Below, in pieces: positions 18,388 through 27,308 of a stretch of 32,000 nt of DNA. A model generated the notes under the pieces. It ran no database searches and was not told where the DNA came from. It saw nothing but the letters and a program-made list of their open reading frames with translations. The translations under genes and the position numbers were made by a program. Position 1 is the first letter of the stretch. Each line of letters starts with the position of its first letter. Source of the stretch: Candidatus Helarchaeota ASGARD archaeon Hel_GB_B (GTDB lineage: Archaea; Asgardarchaeota; Lokiarchaeia; Helarchaeales; HEL-GB-B); NCBI GenBank assembly GCA_005191425.1, contig SUPR01000018.1, positions 10,854 through 42,853 of the forward strand. The letters are read 5' to 3'.

Positions 18388-19146
18388 ATGGTAGAAAATG
18401 ATATAAAAATAGTATTGAAGGATAACTATAAAGAAGTTAAATCACCTACAGTTATAGTCGGACTACCTTCAACTGGTTTAGTAGGATTAATATCCGCATT
18501 GCATATAATAGAAACAATGGAAATGGAATATTGTGGTTATGTCGAATCTAAAAGATTTCCCCCTATTATATTAATCCACAATTCTGAATTAGCGCTTCCA
18601 TTAAGAATTTACCAAAAGGATAAAATGCTAGTAATCATTTCTGAGATCTCACTTCCTACCGAGCCTGAAATAATTAATGATATTACAAGTGTTCTGGCTG
18701 ATTGGGTTAAAAGTTTAGACCCTGAATATATTTTAATTTTAAGGGGCAATCCTATCCCCAATAGAATGAATATTGAAGTTCCAAATTGTTATGGTTTAGG
18801 TACATCTGAAAAATTAAACAATTTACTTGATAAAGTAGAATGTGGTATAATGGAACATGGCATAATTACAGGTATCGATGCCTTACTAATGTGGGAATGC
18901 TCAAAACAAAATTTACCTGCAATTACACTTGCTACTGATGCATTTCCAAACTTACCAGATCCTGGGGCTGCAGCGGTCGTTATAGATAAAATCAATAAAA
19001 TTCTAGGAATTTATATAGATCCCGCCAAGTTAATTGAAAATGCTGAAGATCTACGTATTAAAATGCGAGATATGATGAAAAATACTGCTGCTCAACAAGC
19101 ACACTTGCAAAGTAAAGAGTTCCAAATTCCTCCAATGTATGGATAA
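18388..19146 (+). CDS. PAC2-family proteasome assembly chaperone (PbaA/PbaB-like) with a C-terminal HbYX motif
   Basis: VIVGLPSTGLVGLISA, PLRIY, PDPGAAAVVI, IDPAKLIENAE. The C-terminus ...PPMYG is an HbYX motif. Confidence 0.9.
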   Translation: MVENDIKIVLKDNYKEVKSPTVIVGLPSTGLVGLISALHIIETMEMEYCGYVESKRFPPIILIHNSELALPLRIYQKDKMLVIISEISLPTEPEIINDITSVLADWVKSLDPEYILILRGNPIPNRMNIEVPNCYGLGTSEKLNNLLDKVECGIMEHGIITGIDALLMWECSKQNLPAITLATDAFPNLPDPGAAAVVIDKINKILGIYIDPAKLIENAEDLRIKMRDMMKNTAAQQAHLQSKEFQIPPMYG

Positions 19147-19156
19147 AGGTGATTAT

Positions 19157-19639
19157 ATGTCGATTGAAAGAAAAAGAGATAAGAAAAATATTTTTGATGT
19201 AATTGATGAAATGTTTGATAGCCTACAAAGAGCAATTTCAAAAGAATTTGAAAGTTTTATGGATTTTGGCCATATAAATAGACCATTATGGAGCGTAGAT
19301 GAAGAATGCTGTTCTTTAGAGCCCCTTGTAGATATCAAAGCAACAAAAGATGAAGTAATAATTGTAGTAGATTTACCAAAAGTAAAAAATAAAAACGATA
19401 TTGATTTAAATGTTTCAAAAAATACAATTGAACTAAAAGCCGAACTTGAAAACAAAATTTGTTATGAAAAATGGGGCGGGTTCCAAAAAACAATAGAATT
19501 TTGTCAATTTCGTAAAACTATTAACCTCCCTTGGAAAATAGACCCAGATAAAATTCAAGCAAAGTTTAAAAATGGTATTCTAGAAATAAGAGCAAAAAGA
19601 ATTAATGAATTTAAATCCATTAAAATAAGTGATGAATAA
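19157..19639 (+). CDS. Small heat-shock protein (Hsp20/alpha-crystallin family)
   Basis: EPLVDIKATKDEVIIVVDLPKV, FRKTINLP...IDPDKIQAKFKNGILEI and a C-terminal IXI (SIKIS). ATG 19157 follows the RBS AGGTGA (the track starts at 19139). Confidence 0.92.
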   Translation: MSIERKRDKKNIFDVIDEMFDSLQRAISKEFESFMDFGHINRPLWSVDEECCSLEPLVDIKATKDEVIIVVDLPKVKNKNDIDLNVSKNTIELKAELENKICYEKWGGFQKTIEFCQFRKTINLPWKIDPDKIQAKFKNGILEIRAKRINEFKSIKISDE

Positions 19640-19949
19640 ATATATACCTTTTTTTATACTGAATTAAAATATAATGTCTTTTAAATTGAACTTTAAATTG
19701 AAAAATAAAAAATATATTCAAATCTAAAGTAATCTTTAACCATATATTTTTTATTAGACCTAAATTATTTTTTAAAAAATCATAATTCCTAATTATATTA
19801 GCTATGATATTTTAAATGATAAAATTTATAGTTAACATTAATTAAATTCTCGATATTGAATTAATAAAGAATAAACTTTAATTAATATAAGTATAAAGAA
19901 TTAAATAATCGGTAAAAAACAAATTAAAAATAGAATTTTTCTCAATTCG

Positions 19950-20864
19950 GTGAAAATATTGAAGGTAATTTTAGGGTTAAATACTTGTTTTGCTGTTAAA
20001 CGATGGGTAGAACCTTCTGAATGGACAAAAATATTAATAAATTTAGGTGTTTCAGATTGTCAACTTAGTCTAGATCTACTTGAACCATTTACAGAAGAAG
20101 TAGCAAAATCGATGATGATAAATGAGATAATTGGATATACAACTCAATATGATATTTATATCCACTCTGCATTTACAGGGCTTGCTGCTTATAGTTATAA
20201 TTTATTGGCACACCCAGATTTTGGTATGCGGATGAGCTTTTTATATTGGTATCAACTTGCAATCGAAATTGCTAGTAGCCTAGGATGTAGGGGGGTTGGA
20301 GGCCATATTGCTGCTTTTACTGTTAAAGATTATAAAGATAAAACAAGAAGAGAATATTTAACAAACGCTGTTATTGATTCTTTGAGATATTTAGCAGCTC
20401 AATCAAAATTGAATGAATTGGAGTATTTTTTAGTCGAACCAATGCCTCTTGCTAGAGAACAACCATTTGAAATTGAAGGCGCTAAAAAATTTTATGAAAT
20501 GGTAAATAGGGATAATATTGGAGTACCAATAAAATATTGTATTGATTTAGGGCATTCTTGCGCAGTAGCATGCCATGATGAATATAGTAGAGACCCTTAT
20601 AATTGGCTAAGAGAACTAGCAGAATATTCTCCAGAAATTCATATACAACAAACTGATGGAATAGCTGATAGACATTGGCCTTTTATTGATGAATATAATA
20701 AAAAAGGTATAATTGAACCAACAAAAGTACTGGACGCAATTGAAGAATCTGGGACAAAAGAAGTGTCCTTATTTCTTGAAATAATCCATCCATTTGAAGC
20801 TGATGAAGAGAAAGTTTTAGATGATATTACTAAAAGCGTTGAATATTGGAAGCAATATATTTAA
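19950..20864 (+). CDS. Xylose isomerase-like TIM-barrel sugar-phosphate isomerase/epimerase
   Basis: LGLNTCFAVKRWVEP, and metal-ligand motifs LVEPMP, CIDLGH, IHIQQTDG...HWPF and FLEIIHP. Confidence 0.75.
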   Translation: MKILKVILGLNTCFAVKRWVEPSEWTKILINLGVSDCQLSLDLLEPFTEEVAKSMMINEIIGYTTQYDIYIHSAFTGLAAYSYNLLAHPDFGMRMSFLYWYQLAIEIASSLGCRGVGGHIAAFTVKDYKDKTRREYLTNAVIDSLRYLAAQSKLNELEYFLVEPMPLAREQPFEIEGAKKFYEMVNRDNIGVPIKYCIDLGHSCAVACHDEYSRDPYNWLRELAEYSPEIHIQQTDGIADRHWPFIDEYNKKGIIEPTKVLDAIEESGTKEVSLFLEIIHPFEADEEKVLDDITKSVEYWKQYI

Positions 20865-20939
20865 AATTGTTAATATCATACTCAAAAGCTTTTTAATAAA
20901 TATTTTTTTATTCTACTAAATGAATTTGGATGTTTTAAA

Positions 20940-21602
20940 ATGGAACTAATTTGGGTTTGTCCTTTATTGGGAACTACCGACTATGTCCAATCTGAGAAAT
21001 CAGACTCAATTCGAAGTATAGCACTTAGACTATTATGGAAGTATAATGACCAAGTTATAGACTTATTAGGTGGGTCTTATGGCAATATCAGAGCAAAACC
21101 TAATATTTCATTGGTTTCTGTAAAAGTTTATCAAATAATTAAAGGTAGAAAAAAGCCTGTATCCTTAAAATCTACCTTAGAAGATATTGATATTGGAAAT
21201 AGAAAATTCTATTGGAACCCCGAACCAATTGGTGGAAATATCGAAGTTTTTACTCAACACATAAACGAATTAATAAATATGAATCAACATAAAGAATGGA
21301 AATTAATTGATGAAAATAATCTTAGTAAAGGTATTTATTCTACTTCAAAATGGCGGGACGGAATTAATCGAGTTACTCAAATATTATATGCATTTGGATA
21401 TCCAGAAAATCCCCCTACAATTAAAGTAAGTCCTCCTCCTAAAGACCCGTGCTTCGATAATGAAGGAATATTACATTTTGCACTATTTGGAAATAAATTG
21501 GTCTGGAAAAAGTATCATTCACATCAGAACCCCTTAGTATACTTAATAGATGAACTCTATGACAAATATGGACTTGATCTCTTCTTTGATTTGAAGACAT
21601 AA
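20940..21602 (+). CDS. Putative ubiquitin-like domain (ending PEPIGG at residues 94-99) fused to an E2/UBC-fold domain lacking the canonical catalytic Cys
   Basis: [16 protein letters not shown] resembles ubiquitin EVEPSDTIENVKAKI, and [23 protein letters not shown] resembles [34 protein letters not shown]...[12 protein letters not shown]...W resembles the E2 consensus YPxxPPxVxF...HPNIxxxGxICL...W. Alignment by eye only. Confidence 0.6.
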   Translation: [220 protein letters not shown]

Positions 21603-21677
21603 CATAAAAAAGAATGAAAAATTTTTTAGAAAATTAAAAATAGGTAATAATTTATTTTATTCTGATTATTTATTAAT

Positions 21678-22400
21678 TTATTTATCCTCCTTTGTTTCAT
21701 TTTGTGCTACATCTTTATCCCCGCCTTTAGATTTAGCCAGAATTTTTTCTAATTGTTCTCTGTCTTCGGGGCTTAATGATTCCATTACTTCTTGCGATTG
21801 CTGATTAAAAAACTGCATGAAAAGAATTTGTAATATTGGTAACGTATTACTTGTTCTAATTCTACACTCATAGTCTAATTGACTATTTTCTCGCATCTGT
21901 CGTAAATATTCACGGGTCATTGTCCCTTTTCCCAGACCTTCGCAGGATTTATCGATAATATAATATCTATTTGTAGATTTGTCATAACCTAAAGGAAATG
22001 CAATACAACTGATAGGTTTTGAAAAAAATAATCCACAACGATTATTACTATTTGGTGTATAAAAGGGGCATACTTCTTCACCGGCATCATTTTTCACCTT
22101 TTTAAAGCTGATTTGAAATCCTGCCGGAGGTATTAATTCAATTTGTAGGTGTGGAAAAACTCTAGGGAAGGTCTGGTCTAGATTCCACCTCTTCAAATCT
22201 TCATAGTAAATTGGAAATGACCTTTTACAGCATGCACCACATTCAGTACATTCAAATACAAATTTCTTTCTTTTCTTAGGCTTTTCTTCAGAGGTTTCTT
22301 CCTTCTTTTCACTTTCTTTTTCAACTGTTTCTTCTTTTTTTTCAGTTTTTTCTTCTTGCTTATCCTCATTTATATTTTTGCTATCCTTTTCTTGTGCCAC
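21678..22400 (-). CDS. YkgJ-family cysteine-cluster (Zn/Fe-S) protein with a highly charged N-terminal extension
   Basis: FECTECGACC...CPF...CGLFFSKPISCIAFP...CEGLGKG. GTG start after GGTGA. Confidence 0.85.
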   Translation of the reverse strand: MAQEKDSKNINEDKQEEKTEKKEETVEKESEKKEETSEEKPKKRKKFVFECTECGACCKRSFPIYYEDLKRWNLDQTFPRVFPHLQIELIPPAGFQISFKKVKNDAGEEVCPFYTPNSNNRCGLFFSKPISCIAFPLGYDKSTNRYYIIDKSCEGLGKGTMTREYLRQMRENSQLDYECRIRTSNTLPILQILFMQFFNQQSQEVMESLSPEDREQLEKILAKSKGGDKDVAQNETKEDK

Positions 22401-22566
22401 TTTAATTCACCAAATCATTTTTTTTTTTAAAAACTCAAAATTAAAAATTTAATAAATATATTAAAATTTTAGGTTTTAAATTGCAGAAAATAAAATTACA
22501 ATAGATTTATATGAATCAAAAAATAAAAAATATTAATCAACACTAAGATATAAATTTAGAAATACA

Positions 22567-23664
22567 ATGAAAATTAATATCAATTTGGAGATAATTTCAG
22601 TTGTTTTACTTCCAATTGGAGTATATACAATTTGGAGTATAATATTTTATTTTTATTCTCCCTTAATCCCGGTTAAAGACGCTTTTTATTATAAAATGAT
22701 GTCTGAAACACCTTTTAATCCAAGTATAAGTGCTCCTTACTGTTATAGGATATTAACTCCTTTAATTGTTTTTATTTTACCTTTTGATTCTGGTTCATCT
22801 TTTCTTTATATTAATTTTATCTTTTTTATTTTGACTTCAATAATTTTTTATAAATTTCTAAAACGACTAAATTTCAATAAATTTTATTCATTTAATGGTG
22901 AAATTATTTTTACTGCTGGGAATGTAACTAGTATCTATTTAATCCATAATTTTATAATGGTAGACCAATTAAATCAACTGATTTTTCTAATAGGGTGTTA
23001 TTTACTCGTATTTTATAATCCAGATAAAAGAATATATCGTGATATTTTAATCATAGTCATTTTAGCAATCGGAGTTCTTAATAAAGAAACAATACTCTTG
23101 ATAATTCCAATTTATTTTGTTTTAGAATCTGGGAATTTATTTAAAAAAATTTTCAAAACTTTGTTAATCGCAACTCCCAGTCTTGGAATATTTATAGTTC
23201 TAAGGTTATTTATACCCCATACTGGAAGCTATGAGGCAATATGGTTATTTTATCATTTAGAAAATCTCTTATCTACCTTATATAATATTTTTTTAACATT
23301 CGGACTTTTCTGGATTATGGCTTTTTTCAATTTTGATAATAATATTAAATTTTTACAACGCTCTTACTGGATAATACCAATTTTTATAGGTCAAATAATT
23401 CTCGCAAGTAATATATATCGACTAATTTTTCTCTCATTTCCAATAGTTTTACCATTAGCACTTCTTGAATTTAAACAGATTTCACAAAAAATAAATAAAG
23501 TTACAATTACCTTTATTTTAACATCCCAAATTACAATAACTATTTTCTATATATTAAAAAAATATTTAACTTGGGATTTCCTGAATATCTTTTATTTTCC
23601 CTTAATTGCAATTTCCAGTTTAATCGTTCTTGTTATATCCGCTTATTTTTACTTTAAAGAATAA
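22567..23664 (+). CDS. Polytopic membrane protein, probable GT-C-fold glycosyltransferase-like
   Basis: About 9-10 hydrophobic segments. The first-loop DAFYY...APYCYRILTP, a DQLNQL motif and IGVLNKETIL resemble GT-C (PMT/ArnT-like) patterns. Confidence 0.55.
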   Translation: MKININLEIISVVLLPIGVYTIWSIIFYFYSPLIPVKDAFYYKMMSETPFNPSISAPYCYRILTPLIVFILPFDSGSSFLYINFIFFILTSIIFYKFLKRLNFNKFYSFNGEIIFTAGNVTSIYLIHNFIMVDQLNQLIFLIGCYLLVFYNPDKRIYRDILIIVILAIGVLNKETILLIIPIYFVLESGNLFKKIFKTLLIATPSLGIFIVLRLFIPHTGSYEAIWLFYHLENLLSTLYNIFLTFGLFWIMAFFNFDNNIKFLQRSYWIIPIFIGQIILASNIYRLIFLSFPIVLPLALLEFKQISQKINKVTITFILTSQITITIFYILKKYLTWDFLNIFYFPLIAISSLIVLVISAYFYFKE

Positions 23665-23922
23665 AGTAGCAATTTATACTAAAAAACAAAATTTTATGTC
23701 TTAAACTATTTGATAATAATATTTCGAGTAATTTTATTCAATCTCTTTAATATTTATAAAGAAATTGATTGTCAGAATAAAAGAATATAATTTACCACAA
23801 TTTTAAATAAATACTTTTTTTTAAAATCAATTAAATTAAACCTATTGAAAAAATAATTCAAAATTATTCAAACTAATAAATTAATGACTTAATATAAAAA
23901 TAAATAAAATAAAATCTAAAAA

Positions 23923-25356
23923 GTGAATAATTTGGAAATTAAGAAACTTGATTATATATTTAAACCAAAAAATATGGCTATTGTTGGGGTTTCACTGATA
24001 AATCCATTATTTCCTGGAAATATAATCTATAATAAAAATTTATTTGAATATCCCGTTAATATTTATCCTGTTAATCCCAAAGGAGGCACTTTAGAAGGAA
24101 ATATCGTTTATAAAAATTTGGGAGAAATACCAGTTGACCTTGACCTTGCAGTACTAATGATTTCTGCAAAATTAGTACCCGATGAACTGAAAAAATGCGG
24201 TGAATTCGGGGTCAAAAGTGCAATTATTGGCTCAGGTGGATTTTCAGAATTAGGGTCTGATGGAGTAAAATTGGAAAATAGACTTATTGAAATATCAAAA
24301 AAATATGATGACCTCCCCTTTATGGGGCCAAATTGCCTTGGTATCCATTCAAAATATTGTGATACCTTTATATTACCGAGCGAGAGACTTGCAACCCCAC
24401 CTTCTGGAAATGTAGCGGTCATTTCACAATCTGGTGGATTTCTCATTGATCAAATTTTCAGTAAATTTCATGAACGAGAAATTGGAATATTTTCTGCAGC
24501 AAACATTGGAAATAAAGCATTAATAAATGAAAGCATACTTTTGAAATATTATGACCGAGAACCAGGAATTGATACAATTGTAATTTATAATGAAGGATTT
24601 AAAAAAAATACAGGGAAAGAAATAATAGAATTTGCACAACAATCTGATAAAGATATCATCATTATCAAAGGTGGTAAATCAAAAATGGGCGCAAAAGCCG
24701 CAATGTCTCATACTGCTTCTCTTGCCTCCAATATAAATCTAATTTCATCTTCTTTTCGCCAAGCAGGAATTATTGAAGCCATTTCAGAAAGTGAACTGGT
24801 TAGTTATACAAAAGCTATTTCATTTGGTCTAAGTCCTCTTAAAGAAAATAAAATAGTAATTTTATCAATTTCAGGAGGTCATGGCGTTTTAGCTGCAGAT
24901 CTAGCTGCATATTATAGGTTAAACCTTGTAGAATTTACAGATGAACAAAAAAAAGAAATGAAAAATAAAGTGAACCCAGTCATTGCATCCATCGGGTCTT
25001 TTGAAAATCCAATTGATTTGACAGGTTCAGTAAATGATACTGATATTGAAAATTGCCTGGAACTATTACTAAATTTCGACAATGTAGAGGGAATAGTTAT
25101 TCTATTAGTCCCATATGTCCCTACAATATCTATGCAAATTGGCCGTAGACTCGGAAATATCTTACGTACCATTCAAAATAATAAACCAGTCGTTGCATAC
25201 TGCCCGTGGCTAAAAATTTATGGAATAATCATAAATGGACTTGAGTTAAATAGAACAATCCCAGTTGCTTCTACTATTGAAGAAGCAATTCAAATGATGC
25301 GTGGACTTTATTTAAAAGGATTAAAATACAAAAAACGCAAATTATCCAAAAATTAA
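23923..25356 (+). CDS. ADP-forming acyl/acetyl-CoA synthetase alpha subunit (CoA-binding)
   Basis: FKPKNMAIVGVS, YPVNPKG, SGGFSELG, MGPNCLG, ISQSGG, phospho-His motif AAMSHTASLAS, ISGGHGVLAAD, NPIDLTG. Confidence 0.9.
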   Translation: MNNLEIKKLDYIFKPKNMAIVGVSLINPLFPGNIIYNKNLFEYPVNIYPVNPKGGTLEGNIVYKNLGEIPVDLDLAVLMISAKLVPDELKKCGEFGVKSAIIGSGGFSELGSDGVKLENRLIEISKKYDDLPFMGPNCLGIHSKYCDTFILPSERLATPPSGNVAVISQSGGFLIDQIFSKFHEREIGIFSAANIGNKALINESILLKYYDREPGIDTIVIYNEGFKKNTGKEIIEFAQQSDKDIIIIKGGKSKMGAKAAMSHTASLASNINLISSSFRQAGIIEAISESELVSYTKAISFGLSPLKENKIVILSISGGHGVLAADLAAYYRLNLVEFTDEQKKEMKNKVNPVIASIGSFENPIDLTGSVNDTDIENCLELLLNFDNVEGIVILLVPYVPTISMQIGRRLGNILRTIQNNKPVVAYCPWLKIYGIIINGLELNRTIPVASTIEEAIQMMRGLYLKGLKYKKRKLSKN

Positions 25357-25511
25357 TCTGAATATTTTTTATAATCTATATTTAATCCTAAATATTTCTC
25401 GAAAATTTCAATACATAGACTAACTGTAATATCTGTTTAACCTATACTATTAATTCTATTACAAAACAATGAGATAATTAAAAAAAAGCTGATTTAAAAA
25501 GTTTTGTAAAA

Positions 25512-25537
25512 TTGTGTTATGTCACAAAATTTATATA
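25512..25537 (+). promoter_or_regulatory. Putative operator (TTGTG-N6-CACAA inverted repeat) abutting a BRE/TATA box (TTTATATA)
   Basis: TTGTGTTATGTCACAAAATTTATATA lies about 65 bp upstream of ATG 25603. A similar element with the same spacing occurs at 26043. Confidence 0.5.
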
Positions 25538-25602
25538 GCATCGTTAATTAATACTCATAGATATAAATTAAAAGTTAATTAAATAAGGATGTGATATTAA
25601 AA

Positions 25603-25899
25603 ATGCCCGGTGGCGATGGTACTGGTCCAGATGGTAAAGGTGGATGTGGAGTCCCAAATGGGTATCTTAGATTTGGTCGCGGTGGTAGGTTTAGAAACAC
25701 TGTACCTACTACAAATTCCCAGAATTTCTATAATCAACAAGGGTTCAATAATGTAAGAGGCGGCGGCAGAGGTCGCGGCAGAGGCGGCGGCAGAGGCGGC
25801 TGGAGACGAAATAACCAAAGATACCCAGGAAATGGCCCATGGAGTCACCTACCCCCAAATAAAAGACCAGGCTGGACTGGTGTTATTCCAGATGAATAA
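25603..25899 (+). CDS. Small Gly/Arg-rich protein, DUF5320-like
   Basis: MPGGDGTGPDGKGG N-terminus, RGG tract and GPWSHLPPNKRPGW tail. It lies next to a NifX-like gene, a common context for this family. ATG 25603 follows GATGTGAT. Confidence 0.65.
   Translation: MPGGDGTGPDGKGGCGVPNGYLRFGRGGRFRNTVPTTNSQNFYNQQGFNNVRGGGRGRGRGGGRGGWRRNNQRYPGNGPWSHLPPNKRPGWTGVIPDE
25756..25803 (+). repeat. Four imperfect in-frame 12-bp tandem units encoding an RGG box
   Basis: AGAGGCGGCGGC / AGAGGTCGCGGC / AGAGGCGGCGGC / AGAGGCGGCTGG. Confidence 0.85.
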
Positions 25900-26042
25900 T
25901 TTTTAATTTAAATTATTTTTTTATTTTGTCTAATTTCTAAAAAATCATCTCATTTCCTAATTTAAAGCACTTCAGTTCCTATTAACCGCAAACTTTTAAT
26001 AAAAAAATTAATACACTACTATTGATTATTATTTTTAAATTA

Positions 26043-26067
26043 TGTGTTATATGCAAAAAGTTAAATA
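26043..26067 (+). promoter_or_regulatory. Second copy of the TGTGTTAT...AAAA.TTA.ATA promoter/operator element
   Basis: TGTGTTATATGCAAAAAGTTAAATA. The TGTGTTAT-to-TATA offset (18 nt) is identical to the copy at 25513. Confidence 0.45.
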
Positions 26068-26114
26068 TGAACATTTTATATTTTAAAATATAAAAGGTAT
26101 GATGTGATCTAACT

Positions 26115-26444
26115 ATGAAAGTAGGTATTGCAACAGATGGAAATATGGTCGCTCAACATTTTGGCAGGTGTCAAGCCTATACTATCGTTGAATTTGATGG
26201 AAATAAGGTTGTTAAACAAGAAGTCGTCGATTCACCTGAACATCAACCCGGACTTTTACCAGTTTGGCTCGCAAAATTTGGTGTCAGCTGGGTTATTTGT
26301 GGTGGAATGGGTCCTAAAGCTCAAGAATTGTTTATAAACCAAGGAATTACCCCTATAATGGGTGTGACTGGTACTATTCAAGAAACCATTGATAAAATTG
26401 CTGCAGGTACTCTTGAAGGTGGCGAAAATATCTGTAATCATTAA
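26115..26444 (+). CDS. NifB/NifX-family (dinitrogenase FeMo-cofactor biosynthesis-like) protein
   Basis: MKVGIAT...VAQHFGRCQAYTIVE...HQPG...VICGGMGPKA...GEN.C.H. Confidence 0.9.
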   Translation: MKVGIATDGNMVAQHFGRCQAYTIVEFDGNKVVKQEVVDSPEHQPGLLPVWLAKFGVSWVICGGMGPKAQELFINQGITPIMGVTGTIQETIDKIAAGTLEGGENICNH

Positions 26445-26897
26445 TGCTCTTATTTTTGTTAAATCTTAAAAATAAACCCGAATTTCTGATCAAATTTGAA
26501 TGAAATACGAAACTTTTCGAAAATAAAACTAAAACAAAGAAAAAACTTGAAACATTAATTAATTTTAAAGTTTATATTTTTTTACTCTATTTTTTAACCC
26601 CACTTACTTTTTGTTATTGATTGAGTACAATATTTTGTTTATTGATAAATGCACATTATTTCAATATTCAAAATATCAAATATAGATAAATTATACATTC
26701 AAAAAAATTATTAAGTAAATATAATTTATTAAATTCTAAATCTTATATCTTAAAATAAATTTGTTATTATTTTATTTTTATATATTCCAAATTCCTTTAA
26801 AAAAATCTTATATTTTCATTCTATACTTAGTCTTTTAAGCCCACTTCGTTGCTAATTTTTTAATTTTATATTAATAGAAATTATAAAATATGTCTTC

Positions 26898-27308
26898 ATG
26901 GGATTTGTTCAAAAAAAAATAACGAGAATACAATATATGAAAAATAAAATTTTAATACTATTTTGTATTGGAAGACTATTTAATATATTGACCTTTATTG
27001 GTGGTTGGATACTTGAATATGGTATAGATAACTATCCAATTTATGGAATTTTTATAATGGTTTTATCAATTATTTTTACAATTTGGGGTATATTAGGGTT
27101 TAAGGCTTATTTTGATGAGAATTTTATTGGAAATGTTTTTGATCTTATTGTTTTTCTTATAATTGCTATACTTGGGACTATATGTCTTTTTAGCTCAATA
27201 GTTTGGGGTCAAATAATAATCGTAATCTTTGGCTCTATACTAATAATTTCTGGTTCACTAATTACTTTCTTTGCGGATATTATTGTTTTCTCATCAGTTG
27301 AAGGATAA
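26898..27308 (+). CDS. Hypothetical membrane protein (about 4 TM helices)
   Basis: 136-aa ORF with four hydrophobic segments. No family recognised. Confidence 0.55.
   Translation: MGFVQKKITRIQYMKNKILILFCIGRLFNILTFIGGWILEYGIDNYPIYGIFIMVLSIIFTIWGILGFKAYFDENFIGNVFDLIVFLIIAILGTICLFSSIVWGQIIIVIFGSILIISGSLITFFADIIVFSSVEG

Noticed and set aside
25591-25605. Identical N-terminal MILKM on two unrelated ORFs (25591 and 30352) as a shared targeting peptide
   Set aside because: This is an artefact: the GTG belongs to the GTGAT Shine-Dalgarno sequence, and the true starts are the ATGs at 25603 and 30340.
26115-26444. Nitrogen fixation capacity implied by the NifX-like gene
   Set aside because: Stand-alone NifB/NifX-family proteins are common in non-diazotrophic anaerobes, and no nifHDK genes are present in the window.
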